A stretch of 63,113 nt of DNA, the filler included, from Octopus bimaculoides (lineage: Eukaryota): NCBI RefSeq assembly GCF_001194135.2. It is 5 parts of 5 records of this genome, joined end to end, with 100 filler letters (N's around TTAATTAATTAA, not from the genome) between each part and the next. Parts side by side here need not be neighbours in the genome. Positions count along the whole stretch, not along the records: positions 19,548 to 43,765 come from NC_068990.1; 4 more parts are not named here. One strand, written 5' to 3'. The notes under the pieces are model-generated. The model was not told the DNA's origin and did not search any database. It saw only the letters and a program-made list of their open reading frames with translations. Both the position numbers and the translations under genes were made by a program. This document shows positions 26,073-38,459 of this stretch, piece by piece (position 1 is the stretch's first letter; every line of letters begins with the position of its first letter).

Positions 26073-26815
26073 TTTATAACACTATATTCCTTTGTATATG
26101 TACACATAATATAGTCACCTGTGCATACGTAAATCAATTACAGAGGCTAAGAAAATGTAAATCAATTACGGAGTCTGTATATTCAAATGGAAGCTATATA
26201 TATTACTTTACAAGATACAAGCTTAGAAACCATGTTATATTATATATTACACCACATGATATGTCTTATATCAAACATAATAGAAACAGATAGATATTGT
26301 GATATATTAACGTCTCGCAATTGTAACAGCATCTTATGAATATATATCATTGTAAATGGCTCTACGGGTGTCATTGTACTTCAAAGAATACTAAAGAGCT
26401 ATAAATAAAAGTACATTGAAATATATTGGCGCACGTGACTTGCGCTCATTCTCTCTCTCTCTCTCTCTCTCTCCCTCCTTTCCCCTTTCTCTTTCTACCA
26501 TCCTCTCTCTATCTCTCTTTCTCGCTCTTACATTTTTTCCTTCTCTCTTTCACTTTTACGATTCTTACACCTTTACTTTCTTTGTCTTTCTCAACTCCCT
26601 TCTTCTCTCTGCTTCTCTTTGTTTCTTTCTCCCATTCCATTCTTGTCTTTTAATCGTTCTATTTTTCTGTTAGTTGTTGGCCGCCATTCATTAACATGTT
26701 TTCATTCATACTTTCCTCACCACAGCCGCGCCTACACACTGCATAGAGAAGAAAGCGCTCTTTTTAATTGCAGCAATTTATCTGGAAGTACATGCGCACG
26801 AACAAATACACACGC

Positions 26816-26870
<55 letters not shown>

Positions 26871-27041
26871 CGCACACGTACATACATACATACATACAAA
26901 CATACATACATACAAAAATACATACATACATACATGCACACATACACATACATACATACACATACATACATACATACATACTCATATACATACATACTCA
27001 CATACAAACATACACACACATACATACATACTACTACCACC

Positions 27042-27123
<82 letters not shown>

Positions 27124-28029
27124 CCAGCAGCAGCACCACCACCACCATCACCGTTTCATGGACCGATGATTGTGGTGAACAATTTAAAAGGGCAGAGGAC
27201 AGAGTATTTTTTTGTCTTCTGAATAGCCAAACTCTCACTAGCTCATTCCAGTCGGAAGATGCCCTAACAATTCTGCCAGCTCACAGCCTTTCAAAATATT
27301 CTTTCTAATTTTGGCACTATGCCGGCACTTTTTAACGTGGGTGTCGATTACATTGAACCCCAGTGCGCAACAGGTACTTATTTTGTTGACGGCATTTGAT
27401 CTCAGACCGTAATGAAACGGAAGAAATTCCTTTTATCCGACTTAATATAGATATTATCTGCTCCCCACCCTAATAATAATAATGGTAATAACATTTTATA
27501 TTTGTCACCGGAACGTCAGATAAAGGGGGGGGGCATTACAAGGATAGATTACAATATGGGGGGGGGTACACAAAAGATGAGGGAGGAAATGAGTTAAGAG
27601 GTTGAAACGAAATAGAAGTATATATAGAATAGAAAATATGTGAACATATCTATGATGCAGTCGTCTTGATATGGGAGAACCTTCCACTATGGCCATTCAA
27701 GGATCTCCACTGATCTAGGATCACCCTGACCACTAAGGGCACAAACCTTCACCTAAATGTTGTCACCCAGTTTACAGCTTCGAGTTTAGAGTACGTTCAT
27801 TTATTTATTCTAATCATTTTAATCATAAATAATAATTCAATTCAGAGTTGACATAATACAGTGGAATGGTCTTGTCGTCATTGTGATGTCGGCGATAATT
27901 AATATAGTCTTGTATGCGAGTTTAATATCATTAATATACACTCATACACAGTTCTATATTTAAGAGATGAGGAATTATGTACATTATTTACATTATATAC
28001 ATTTGACGTATATTTGTCCTCATAAACGT

Positions 28030-28362
28030 TCAGACTTTGGTTCAACTCCAAGGCTCTCCCGTCCTTTCCTAAATTCAGCTTTTACACTGCTGATAAAGTT
28101 GGAATCCCCTACTGTAGCAACTATGTCAGCATGAATGTCGTTGGGAGCTAAACCCTTTTTTCTGCAGATAATTGATACCATGATATCATCTAATTATGTC
28201 CATTTTCTAGACAAGTCACAGTTGCTTTTGAAACCTCCTTTACCTGGAAGAAAACAATGCAGTTATAACTAAGAATAGTTGAAATTAACGTCTGCAAGAT
28301 TTCACAGCTCTAGCATCACTCCTTCATAGTCAGCTTATGAACTCTTCAGCCCATCCTCATTA
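28030..28362 (-). mobile_element. Mariner remnant: 5' end and transposase N-terminus
   Basis: With small frameshifts the minus strand reads INYLQKKGLAPNDIHADIVAT...AEFRKGRESL, typical of a mariner N-terminal HTH region. A terminus-like sequence lies at about 28340-28362. Confidence 0.7.
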
Positions 28363-28460
28363 TCATAAATAATATCGTAGAATTTCTCAAAACCTCGCAC
28401 AATGTCATAAAATCTAATATGTTTTTACAGAATTTTTCATGTTTTTCTCTAATTCTTTAG

Positions 28461-28681
28461 GGCACAGAATCTCAGAAATTCCACAACAATGGAACTGAAG
28501 TAATGTTGATATACTGTGTCGACGCGACACTCCCGAGATTTCAACAGCTGGCCTACTGTATCTACCAATTCGTTACAATGTTTGTAGCTCCTACATTTAT
28601 TTTGGCGATCTGCTACTCAAAGGTCATATACGTGTTGTGGGTCAGCACAAAGCAACTGGCTCAGATGACTTTCACAGAAAG
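28461..28681 (+). CDS. Next coding exon of the same GPCR: ECL2, TM5 and start of ICL3
   Basis: Acceptor gtttttctctaattctttAG|ggc and donor AG|GTGAGT (28682). The 221 nt are open: GTESQKFHNNGTEVMLIYCVDATLPRFQQLAYCIYQFVTMFVAPTFILAICYSKVIYVLWVSTKQLAQMTFTE(R). It has the ECL2 Cys, an NGT sequon and the TM5 F-x-x-P...C-Y motif. It splices in frame to the 25503-25626 exon. The subfamily (QRFP/CCK/orexin-like neighbourhood) is only an impression. Confidence 0.93.
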
Positions 28682-29289
28682 GTGAGTAACATGAACACTT
28701 GCTAATGCTGTTGTTGCTATTTAGACCCCAGGTCATCCCTTAATCGAAGAAACCTATGGTTAAAGGGATTCCAGCAGTGACCAACCAAAATTTTAAGAGG
28801 TGTGTAGTTCTAAATTATCCAATATATCAGGTTATTAAAGATGGTAGGTTGTTAAAGTAAGATAACTTGGCAAGTAAGATAACTTCAGCAGCCGAGCGAT
28901 CACGAAGACATTCCTTTACTGTTGAAGATGTTGTTGTGGTGGTTATTGCTGTTGATATTCTTGGTGAAAATGTCCGTGGCGTTGCCGTTGTTGTTGTTGT
29001 TTGTCTCCAGAGTTGACCCGGTGGTCAAAGACAATCCGCCATTGTAAGTGAAAAGAAATTATCTTCTGCGTCAGTAATCGAAATTTGCTGGTATTGTTCG
29101 GTAAGTTTGAAGTTTACCTTCTGTCATACAGCAATCCTGACTTATGTCTTGGGCCCTCTCAAACACTGATCGACTCCTAAGAGGCACCGTTGTGACATAC
29201 AGTATGTTTTGGGCATTTTTTAATCTGGCGGAGAGTTAAGCCCAGGTCTATACAGAGCTTATTTCCTTATGAGAAAAACAGAAAGAGAA

Positions 29290-29425
29290 TCGACTTCGGT
29301 ACATGACTGGTGTTTTCTTAATTGAACCCGAAATGATTAAAAGCAAAGTTGACCTCGTCGGGATTTGAACTCAAGGCGCAGAGAACGGAAACGAATACCG
29401 ACGCTCTAACGACGCTGCCAATTAA
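29290..29425 (-). mobile_element. Diverged SINE A fragment
   Basis: gcaaagttgacctcgtcgggatttgaactc and other family A landmarks. Confidence 0.7.
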
Positions 29426-30177
29426 TCCTTATTTATATGTCAATAAGATTAGCAATAATTAAATCTGCCAACGGATACTAATCCCTGGTCACATATTTGT
29501 CTATTTTTGTTGCACAGATAAGTTCCAATTCAACATTCCGAACTTCTTGGACAAAGAATTTCAACCAAGCATTACAAACACATTCTAGTTAAAAGAATTT
29601 GGTACAATGAAACGAAATCTCCTTCGAAGACAATTATTAATATTTGTAACTTTAGGGATTTCCATTTGCATGCTTCGATGAAACTCCCTTAACACGTGAA
29701 TTCAATGTTGAAAGAGTCACAGTTAGATGGCGTAACTAAGATTCTGTTCGTGTGTGTGTGTTAGACGTGATACAACGTATTTATAAATGTAATTATAAAC
29801 AAAACGATGGAATTCAGGAAAAACTGTATATAACAATTAAAAGAACAAAATTGAATTACTTCTACTGGAGGGTAATATTATTATTCACCTGCTGTGTATA
29901 CATCTTTTAATGTATGTCAGTATATTTGTTGATACAAGTCTTCCGGCTCAATAAAAGTTGTACGTAGAGTGAAAGTAAATGAAACGGAAACCATGTAATA
30001 AAGACACATATAATTAAACATCGTAGAGCGTTTCTTTATTTACTCTATCGATTCTCTCCTTCCCGCTGATTCCTCTATATGGCAGTTTCAACTTTAACAA
30101 TATAATTGTCAAAAGATTTAAATATAATAAAGCATATTTGAACTTGATAACTTACAGTCAACCGATGCTTCAAATTT

Positions 30178-30410
30178 AACACCACTTTTTCCGACACTCC
30201 ACTGATTTATTTAACGTACCACCATTTTCTCCGACACTTCGCTGATTCTTCTAAAGCACCACCATTTTCTCCAACACTCCACCGATTCTCCTAACGCACC
30301 ATTTTCTCCGACACTCCACTTATTCTTCTAACGGACCACCATTTTCTCCGACACTCCACCGATTCTCCTAACGCACCATTTTCTCCGACACTCCACTGAT
30401 TCTCCTAATT
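30178..30410. repeat. Minisatellite of about 6 copies of a 37/40-bp unit
   Basis: Unit approximately accaccattttctccgacactccactgattcttctaacgc, with both 40-nt and 37-nt variants. Confidence 0.9.
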
Positions 30411-30949
30411 CATCAACATCTTCGCTGACGCTTTACCGATTCTTGTTCTTCACCACCACCATTTCTGTTAATTCTTTATTCATCTAACAACATTCTCTAA
30501 CATGGCATCAAAATTGTACGTTAATAACAGCAAGAACAATAAATAAATAAACAAGTAAATCAGTAATTTAATAAGTAAATATATAAATTATATTGATTAT
30601 TCAATAATTTAAAAAGTTTGTCTACGTAATGTCCTGCATATTTCTCTAACTCTAACCCTTTTAAATATTGATTATACTCATTCCAAAGAAATATTACTTA
30701 ACTTGCTTTTATCACATTAATTCTTACTTATATTTCAAACTAAAGTGTATTTGCGGCTACAAAGGTCATACAAGGAATAAAAATTCCAAGTTGTACTCAC
30801 CTGGTTTCAGAAATACTTATCAAGACCTTGCGTTTACTTGCACGTCCATTACATCTGCGCCCACGCACAGTTTTACCGACAAACCAGCTGGTCCGCGTTC
30901 AGTTCTAGATTAATCTTCAAAAACAAGCAAACGATAATTATGTAATATT

Positions 30950-31292
30950 AAGGTGGCGAGCCGGCAGCAGCGTTAGCACGCCGGGCGAAATGCCTGGCGG
31001 TATTTCGTCTGTTTTTACGTTCTGAGTTCAAATTCCGTTGTGATCGGTTTTGCCTTTTATCTTTTCGGGGTCGATAAAATAAGTACCAGTTGCGTACTGG
31101 GGTCGATCTAATCGACTGACCCGCTCCCCCCAAATTTCGGGCCCGTGCCTAGAGTAGAAAAGAATATTTAAGGCGGCGAACTTGACAGAAACTTTAACAC
31201 GCCGGGCGAAATGCTGAGCGGCATTTTGTCTATCTTTACGTTCTGAGTTCAAATTCCGCTAAGATCGACTTTGCCTTCCATCCTTTCGGGGA
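30950..31292 (+). mobile_element. Full-length SINE A (30950-31168) followed by a second, 3'-truncated copy (31168-31292)
   Basis: ggtggcgagccggcagcagcgttagcacgccgggcgaaatg...gagttcaaattcc...ctagagtagaaaagaatatt, after which the head sequence repeats. Confidence 0.9.
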
Positions 31293-31807
31293 GTAAAAAA
31301 GGATATTTATGTAATACTTACATTAATTATATTAGCTAGAATGTTTGTAATTGTTGTTGCTGTTGTTTTGTTTAGAATGAAAAATTAGGTCTCCGATTAA
31401 AGACATTCCAGCCTAGACGAACTTGTCTTTGTTAGAACTAGGCTATCCAAATTGTTTTTCCCCCAACCACCTGTCTCTCTCACTCTCTCACTCTCTCACT
31501 CTCTCACTCTCTCTCACTCACTCTATCTCTCTCTCTCTCTCTCTCTCCATCTCTCTCTCTCTCTCGTTAAGAAGGTACGATTTGAAAATGGCAGATGTTT
31601 TGTTTGGTATTACCAGTCGGTCTTGTGACACCTTAGAGACAATACCAAAATCAAGTAATTGCTAATTATATTCCAAACAAGTTTTGATGGATGGGAATTA
31701 ATCCGAGATTTTGACTTCTTGTATATTTCGATTCTACGTCTATAATGGTCGACGTGTGGCTGATACAACGATAGTGTTAACGTCAGTACATTCTCTGATA
31801 CTTTTAT

Positions 31808-31910
31808 ACTTTTACTTGTTTCAGTCATTTGACTGCGGCCATGCTGGAGTACCGCCTTTAATCGAGCAAATCGACCCCAGGACTTATTCTTTGTAAGCCT
31901 AGTACTTATT

Positions 31911-31994
<84 letters not shown>

Positions 31995-31995
31995 T

Positions 31996-32028
<33 letters not shown>

Positions 32029-32196
32029 ATACGACGGGCTTCTTTAAGTTTCCCTCTACCAAATCTATTCACAAGGCTTTGGTCTGTCCGAGGCTATAGT
32101 AGAAAACACTTGCCCAAGGTGCCACGCAGTTGGACTGAACCCGGAACCATGTGGTTGGGAAGCAAGCTTCTTACCACACAGCTACTCCTGCGCCAC
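31808..32196 (-). mobile_element. Composite SINE B plus module C (module C partly deleted)
   Basis: Same layout as 25676-26072. Confidence 0.85.
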
Positions 32197-32719
32197 ATTT
32201 ACCGTTAATGCTAACGTCATTTACTTTTTCAATGCAAATACCATCTATTGTGGAGAAACGGTAGGATGTAAGGAAACCAGTGGTTAACTGCGTAACCTGT
32301 TGGGCCAAACCCTCTTAAAAGTAAGGAGGTCATGGGCCAACAGGATTTTGGAATCTGGCGATATGCCATAAAGCTAAACCCTTTATGGACGAAAAACCTA
32401 AGGCAATTCCATAAACCGCCCTTCCCCATCTTAATATATAACATATCTACATCTTAGAGTGTGCTTCTTTTTTCGGATTTATGTCTTCTACAAACGATAT
32501 ATATATATAGAGAGTGGTAAATAAATCGATCTTGGATATATCGAGTTTGAAGTTTCTATTTCTTTTAAATATACGAATTTAAAAGTTAAAAACCTTGAAA
32601 TATAAATATAAACTGNNNNNNNNNNAAAATGGATGGCACCATGAAATAAAGTATTGAATGTAGATGAAATATTGAGTGTTCAATATAAAGGATCAAATAT
32701 ATAAATATAAATATATAAA

Positions 32720-32759
32720 GGCGACTCGAGTTTCAGGGCTATTTCCCTTCGTCATGGCC
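32720..32759 (-). ncRNA. Minimal type I hammerhead-ribozyme-like motif (Penelope type) with one core lesion
   Basis: The minus strand reads GGC-C(A)TGACGA-AGGG aaatag CCCT-GAAA-C TCGA GTC-GCC. This gives stems I and II, GAAA, a 2-bp stem III with a palindromic loop, and a GUC site. Confidence 0.6.
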
Positions 32760-33419
32760 GGTATGACAGACTTTAACATATTATAGAATTTTGAAACATT
32801 GACATAAAAATTTCAGTATTACGTATTAATTACGGTGCCTGTGTTTACAAGAACCACTCTGACTATCATTATTCTTTCGATTGAAGCACCAGAAAATTTT
32901 CCTTATAACTTGGACGGTTTGAAAAATAGGAAAAGAACTCTTTATAAACGCTACTCAGTTCAGTCACTTTTATTTGAAGATAATAATTGTCTACTGGGGC
33001 CAAAAATATAATCATTTGAAAAAGGATACAAATAGAAAAATTATTTCCAATACGGACAACGAGTACTTTAAATTCACTTCATGCAGATATTCTACGATGA
33101 GTGTCAGTAAAACTTGGGGACAATGCCATTTATACCAAAATTTCAGATAGCAGAAGCTTTAAAAATTACATAATTTAATAAACAAATGAAGTCATCGAAG
33201 ATTAACTTTATAATTTTATTTTCATGAATTAAAACGATGTTTACGGCGTTTTAATGCATAACTTGATGCTGTAGTAATTGTCATTCGCACGAAATCGGTT
33301 TGATTAATAGATTTCTGGGTAAAAATCAATTTAGTGTCATTTTTATAAAACAAATTCTTAAAAATTCAATCATTTTGGGAAACCTTATATTGAATTACAT
33401 TATATTGTTTAAATATTGT

Positions 33420-33462
<43 letters not shown>

Positions 33463-33467
33463 GGAGG

Positions 33468-33531
<64 letters not shown>

Positions 33532-33533
<2 letters not shown>

Positions 33534-33860
33534 GATTTTATGATTCAGTGCGACCATGAGATAGAGAATAGGAAGCCGGACATATTCTTAATTGAGAAAG
33601 AAAACAAACTATGCTGGATCATAGATATAGCATGCCCAGCTGACAACAAGGTAAACGATAAGGAAGAAAGAAAAGTCGAAAGATATGACAGGTTAGCTTG
33701 GGAAGTTAAGCAGTTGTGGTCGATTAAAAAGGTAGCAGTAGTACCAAAAGTTATCGAAGCCGTGGGAACAGTGAGCAAAAATCTCGAGAAGTACGTGGAA
33801 CAAATAGAGGCTGCAATAAGGGTGGAGCACTTGCAGAAAACAGCACTGCTTGACACCGCG
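33532..33860 (+). mobile_element. R4/Dong-like LINE REL-domain fragment
   Basis: DFMIQCDHEIENRKPDIFLIEKENKLCWIIDIACPADNKV...HLQKTALLDTA, directly after (GAT)n(TAA)n. Truncated at both ends. Confidence 0.9.
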
Positions 33861-36067
33861 TGCACTCTCGTGCAACAATAACACTCGCTTTTGGCAATAG
33901 ACCTCAGCATTTGGAGCAAATTGCTGGTATATACACACAGGTAACGGGATACTATTTAATTCATATGCCCCTGAAGCACTCAAGATACATTTCCCTAAAC
34001 ATATTGCTTCAAAGAGACGCTCTGAAAGAATTTTCCGTTGCACCCACAAGGGTTTGAAAACTATCAAACACTTGCAACTTTTTCCAAGTATAATATGCAT
34101 AATGCTAGAAAGTGGAATCGAGTCACCTCTCGTCCGTCTCTGAACCCCTCTTCTACAACATCATAAATAAAACCAACACTTTTAAACACTAAATCCCTCC
34201 GTATAGCTTCCCCTACTCTTAATTCCTGATCAGTAACCGTAACAACCTTCCAGAATTTGCTCATTACTATCCATCCAAATTTTAAGTTTGCCCTACATTT
34301 ATATACAGATACAACACCTGTTGTATTTCTTTAAACTAATTTTCGTGCATATTTTCCCATATATTATTCTGTGATTCTTTCTTGTACTATATGTATTTTA
34401 TATATTCATAACTAGGACAGCTTCTGCTTGTGTTAATTTTTAGAAAAATATATGACTTCGTTATATCAATTCTTGCTAACTTGAAATATATTTAATCATC
34501 ATTCTTAACTCATTTTCCTCTACACAATTTAGCGGAACATGTGATATACATACCACTGTACATATTTTGTATACATCACTGAATGTATACTTATTGTAAA
34601 TACCAAAATCACTCTTCTTTTGTGTTAAATCCTTGTTAACTCTAACTAAACCATATATGACCTTATCGCTAATTTTTCATAACTTATTTTTACTTCCGAC
34701 AGAAGTATATTAAAGCATTTCACCACATGAAATATTTGAAGAANNNNNNNNNNNNNNNNNNNNNNNNNNNNNNNNNNNNNNNNNNNNNNNNNNNNNNNNN
34801 NNNNNNNNNNNNNNNNNNNNNNNNNNNNNNNNNNNNNNNNNNNNNNNNNNNNNNNNNNNNNNNNNNNNNNNNNNNNNNNNNNNNNNNNNNNNNNNNNNNN
34901 NNNNNNNNNNNNNNNNNNNNNNNNNNNNNNNNNNNNNNNNNNNNNNNNNNNNNNNNNNNNNNNNNNNNNNNNNNNNNNNNNNNNNNNNNNNNNNNNNNNN
35001 NNNNNNNNNNNNNNNNNNNNNNNNNNNNNNNNNNNNNNNNNNNNNNNNNNNNNNNNNNNNNNNNNNNNNNNNNNNNNNNNNNNNNNNNNNNNNNNNNNNN
35101 NNNNNNNNNNNNNNNNNNNNNNNNNNNNNNCATACATACATAAATAAATGTTTGTGTGCATACGTGCGTGTGTGTGAGAGTGTGTGTATGTATGTATTTA
35201 TGTTTGTTATGTTTGTATATATATATATATATATATATATAAACCACGTATATATTAGTTATATTACTCTAATGTCCTGGTCACTGTGTGCATATTTTTA
35301 TTATTATTAATATTTCCCTCTTGAGATTGTCTTTTTTTTGCCACGAAAACTTTTATGCACCACTTCTCCTTTACTTCTCTCAACTTCTATATTCTCTTAC
35401 AGATTAAAAATCTTAGTTATATTTTCATTTTCCTTGGTGTTTTCGTTTTCTTTACACTTTATTCCTTAAGTTATTTTTGATACGCATGATTAACTCTTTT
35501 TACAATTCTATTATTTTATCACCTTACATAAGAAATCATTCACTGTGTAAACACCGCTCTTTTATGAGGTCTCTTTTACATACACATCTACTTTATTACA
35601 GTCTATTACGTTTTTCTCTTTCACACTTTATTTCTTGCTAAACATTTCCTACATCCATTCTCCTTAGATTTATTAAATCTTCAACATCTCCACCATTATT
35701 CACATTTACATTAAGTCGCTACTTTTCACAGTTTTTCTTTCTCAGATGGTATTTTTATGTTCCTTTATTCTAACGCAAATAATTACCATTCTACATAATC
35801 TAATACTCACCGTCGTAGCTTTTCGTTTCCTTAGGATATTTCTTGCTCAAATTAAACTTTTCCGTTATATAATTTAATTGTCCCTCTTGTGTCAAACATT
35901 GTTCTATCAAACTGTTATTGACTAACCTTCTAGCAGCTGTATTTCTTCCAGATATAACCCCTTTGGGCACATTTAAACCATTCCTTGTAGCTACAGAATT
36001 CTTACTTCTATTTTTACCTGCTACTACTACATTAAATTATTATTTACCTTATTACTTTGTACATACC

Positions 36068-36122
<55 letters not shown>

Positions 36123-36158
36123 GAGTGAGAGAGCAGGGCATGCCATCANNNNNNNNNN

Positions 36159-36200
<42 letters not shown>

Positions 36201-36699
36201 TTATTATTATTATTATTTTCATTATAGTCAACTTAATTCTTTTCAATTGGAATATTATTTTCAATAGCCTTCTTTTTAAAAACTTCCCCTCAGCTTTTCC
36301 GGTTATTTTAGAGTTTAATTGTTCTCCCTACTTGCTTATTCTGTAAACAATTCACGATCCATCTATATATTAGGCTGAGTTTTTACTTATAAGTTTTGTA
36401 TTTTTTAGAATCTAATATTGAATTTATAAGCAATGACTTCCTGAACAGTGAAAGGTAGTATGAAATCACTGGCGAAATCCCAACACGCGTTTGGAACATG
36501 TTCGGTTGAAACCTCTCTTTCTGTATGTATTGATATCGTATTTAAGGACACCTTGTTTACATCTTTCCATATATACATTGTTAGCTGTATGAGTATGTGT
36601 GTGTGTGTGTGTATTAGAATAGAGAGCAGCTTTTCTTCAAACCATTTTACATTGAAACCCGATTCTACTTGAGTTTTGTCTTTTCCATTAAAAATCTTT

Positions 36700-37240
36700 C
36701 GTAGTCCCTTATTTACAATCTCTCTTTGTTTATAACTATAATCTTCCTAAATTCATTGGTCAGGTACCTTGAGGCTTGCACACACGCGCGCACACACACA
36801 CAGACTCACATGCACACACGATTTTTAATGGTTGTAGAGGGCTACAGATTTGGTAGTGAAATATGACTATTTTGCATTGTGTTTGTTTATTAGTTTGTAA
36901 TATTTGTGTTGGATTGGAAGTGTCTTTGCAGTATTTTGAAAAAATAATTTAGCTATTCGTGTGGAGACTTGTATATTGAAGGAAGAATTATACCAGATAA
37001 TTTTCCTTTTCTATTCTTACGTATTTTATTTATTGTGGTGGTGGGTTGTTTGAATATTGTACTTTTCCTTTGTAATCGCTATTATTGAGAGCTTCGTTTT
37101 GTTTAGCATTTTATTTTCATTTGAAGATGAACAGGAAAGTCTTACAGATATGTTTTAACTAGGTTTTTGATAATGCTTTCGGGATGGTTGGATTTGACCT
37201 TTACATTTCCAGAGCAACAGGATTAAATATAATAATACCC
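36700..37240 (-). mobile_element. Degenerate Penelope-like element (RT C-terminus and linker)
   Basis: The minus strand reads VKSNHPESIIKNLV...RKNRK..., paralleling the SNHPP.IIK.....RKRKIIWFNPP region of Penelope ORFs. Many frameshifts. Confidence 0.5.
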
Positions 37241-37429
37241 AAGACAATAAAAATACGGCCACCCCTCGTGCCTACCTAATGTATTGTATACATATGCGCA
37301 CACATATATGCGAATATAGCAATATATGTGTTTATATATGAATATATATACACACATCTAGCTATGTGTCTGTGTGTGTGAATATAACAGTATATATATA
37401 TTCATTTATATAGATATATGTACACACAT

Positions 37430-38306
37430 CGAAAGATAGTACAAGTGAACCGATAGTGACCATCGATGAGGTGGAGTGTTCTTTGCAAATAGTCATAGTT
37501 CAGCATACGAACCCATACAGGACAAGCTTCGCTTTCGTAAAGTCTGTGCGGGAATGTTGCCAAGAGCGCGTATTGGAGTGTTATAAGTTCAATCGTGTGG
37601 AAATCTATCAACGCTTACTTGACTACTACGACTATGAAGGGGAAACGATTTTGGAGAGAATAGTTACAGGAGTTGAGAGAGGGTCCATCACTTTGAGCCA
37701 GAATACAAAGATCAGAGTATGGAATGAAAACGTGAGAAATTCAAGAATCAACCTTCCGCTGACAAAAACAAAAACAAAAAAATTATGCTAATCATTTTAT
37801 GGGGCGGAAAAGCTCCTATACTGGAACATTATCTGGAAAAGAGGTTTACTGTCAACGGTGCAGGCTCCAGTGAAATGGTGACCAACAAAATAAGATCAAC
37901 AATTTGTATCAAATGCCGAGATCTATTGTTAAAATAAGTGTTCTTGTTGCATGACAATGCACGCCCACATATGGCCGTCGACACTATTAAAAAATTAAGT
38001 TTCGGGTTCCCGGAACACCCTCCATACAATCCAGATCTCGTCCCTTCCAGCTATGGTTTCCCTGGACCGCTGAAACATTCTTTATGAGACCATTGATTTG
38101 CAACGGACTGAGATGCGCAGGAAGCAGTGCATAAATGGCAGCATGACCAACTGAAAACCTTCTTTTCCGATGGAATAAGTTTATGTACCATAAGAAGAAA
38201 TGCATCGAAAAGCAAGGCGTCTATGTCGGAAAATGATATAATTGTTCAACACCTACTTTTGTTTTAATAAATTACAGAAACGTACAATTTTAGACTTACC
38301 ATCGTA
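37430..38306 (+). mobile_element. 5'-truncated, decayed mariner (DD34D-type) transposon
   Basis: VTIDEV...ILERIVTG (first catalytic D region), LLHDNARPH, HPPYNPDL...GPLK...CIEKQG. The 3' terminus ...gacttaccatcgTA is at about 38290-38306. Confidence 0.85.
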
Positions 38307-38360
38307 CATACATACACACGTGCATACATACATACATACATATATACATACATACATACA

Positions 38361-38395
<35 letters not shown>

Positions 38396-38422
38396 GTGNN
38401 NNNNNNNNNNNNNNNNNNNNNN

Positions 38423-38459
<37 letters not shown>

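Noticed and set aside
29503-29600. Good acceptor tttttgttgcacAG downstream of the TM5 exon
   Set aside because: The required phase gives an immediate TAA, and no TM6 motif follows.
30178-30410. Regularly spaced repeats as a CRISPR-like array
   Set aside because: The units are contiguous with no unique spacers, there are no cas genes, and the context is eukaryotic.
31600-31650. Inverted repeat tttggtatt/aataccaaa
   Set aside because: Only 9 AT-rich bp, with a poorly paired interior.
34064-36050. Long strand-skewed region resembling a decayed retroelement ORF on the minus strand
   Set aside because: I could not confirm any diagnostic motif by eye, so I left it unannotated pending BLASTX or RepeatMasker.
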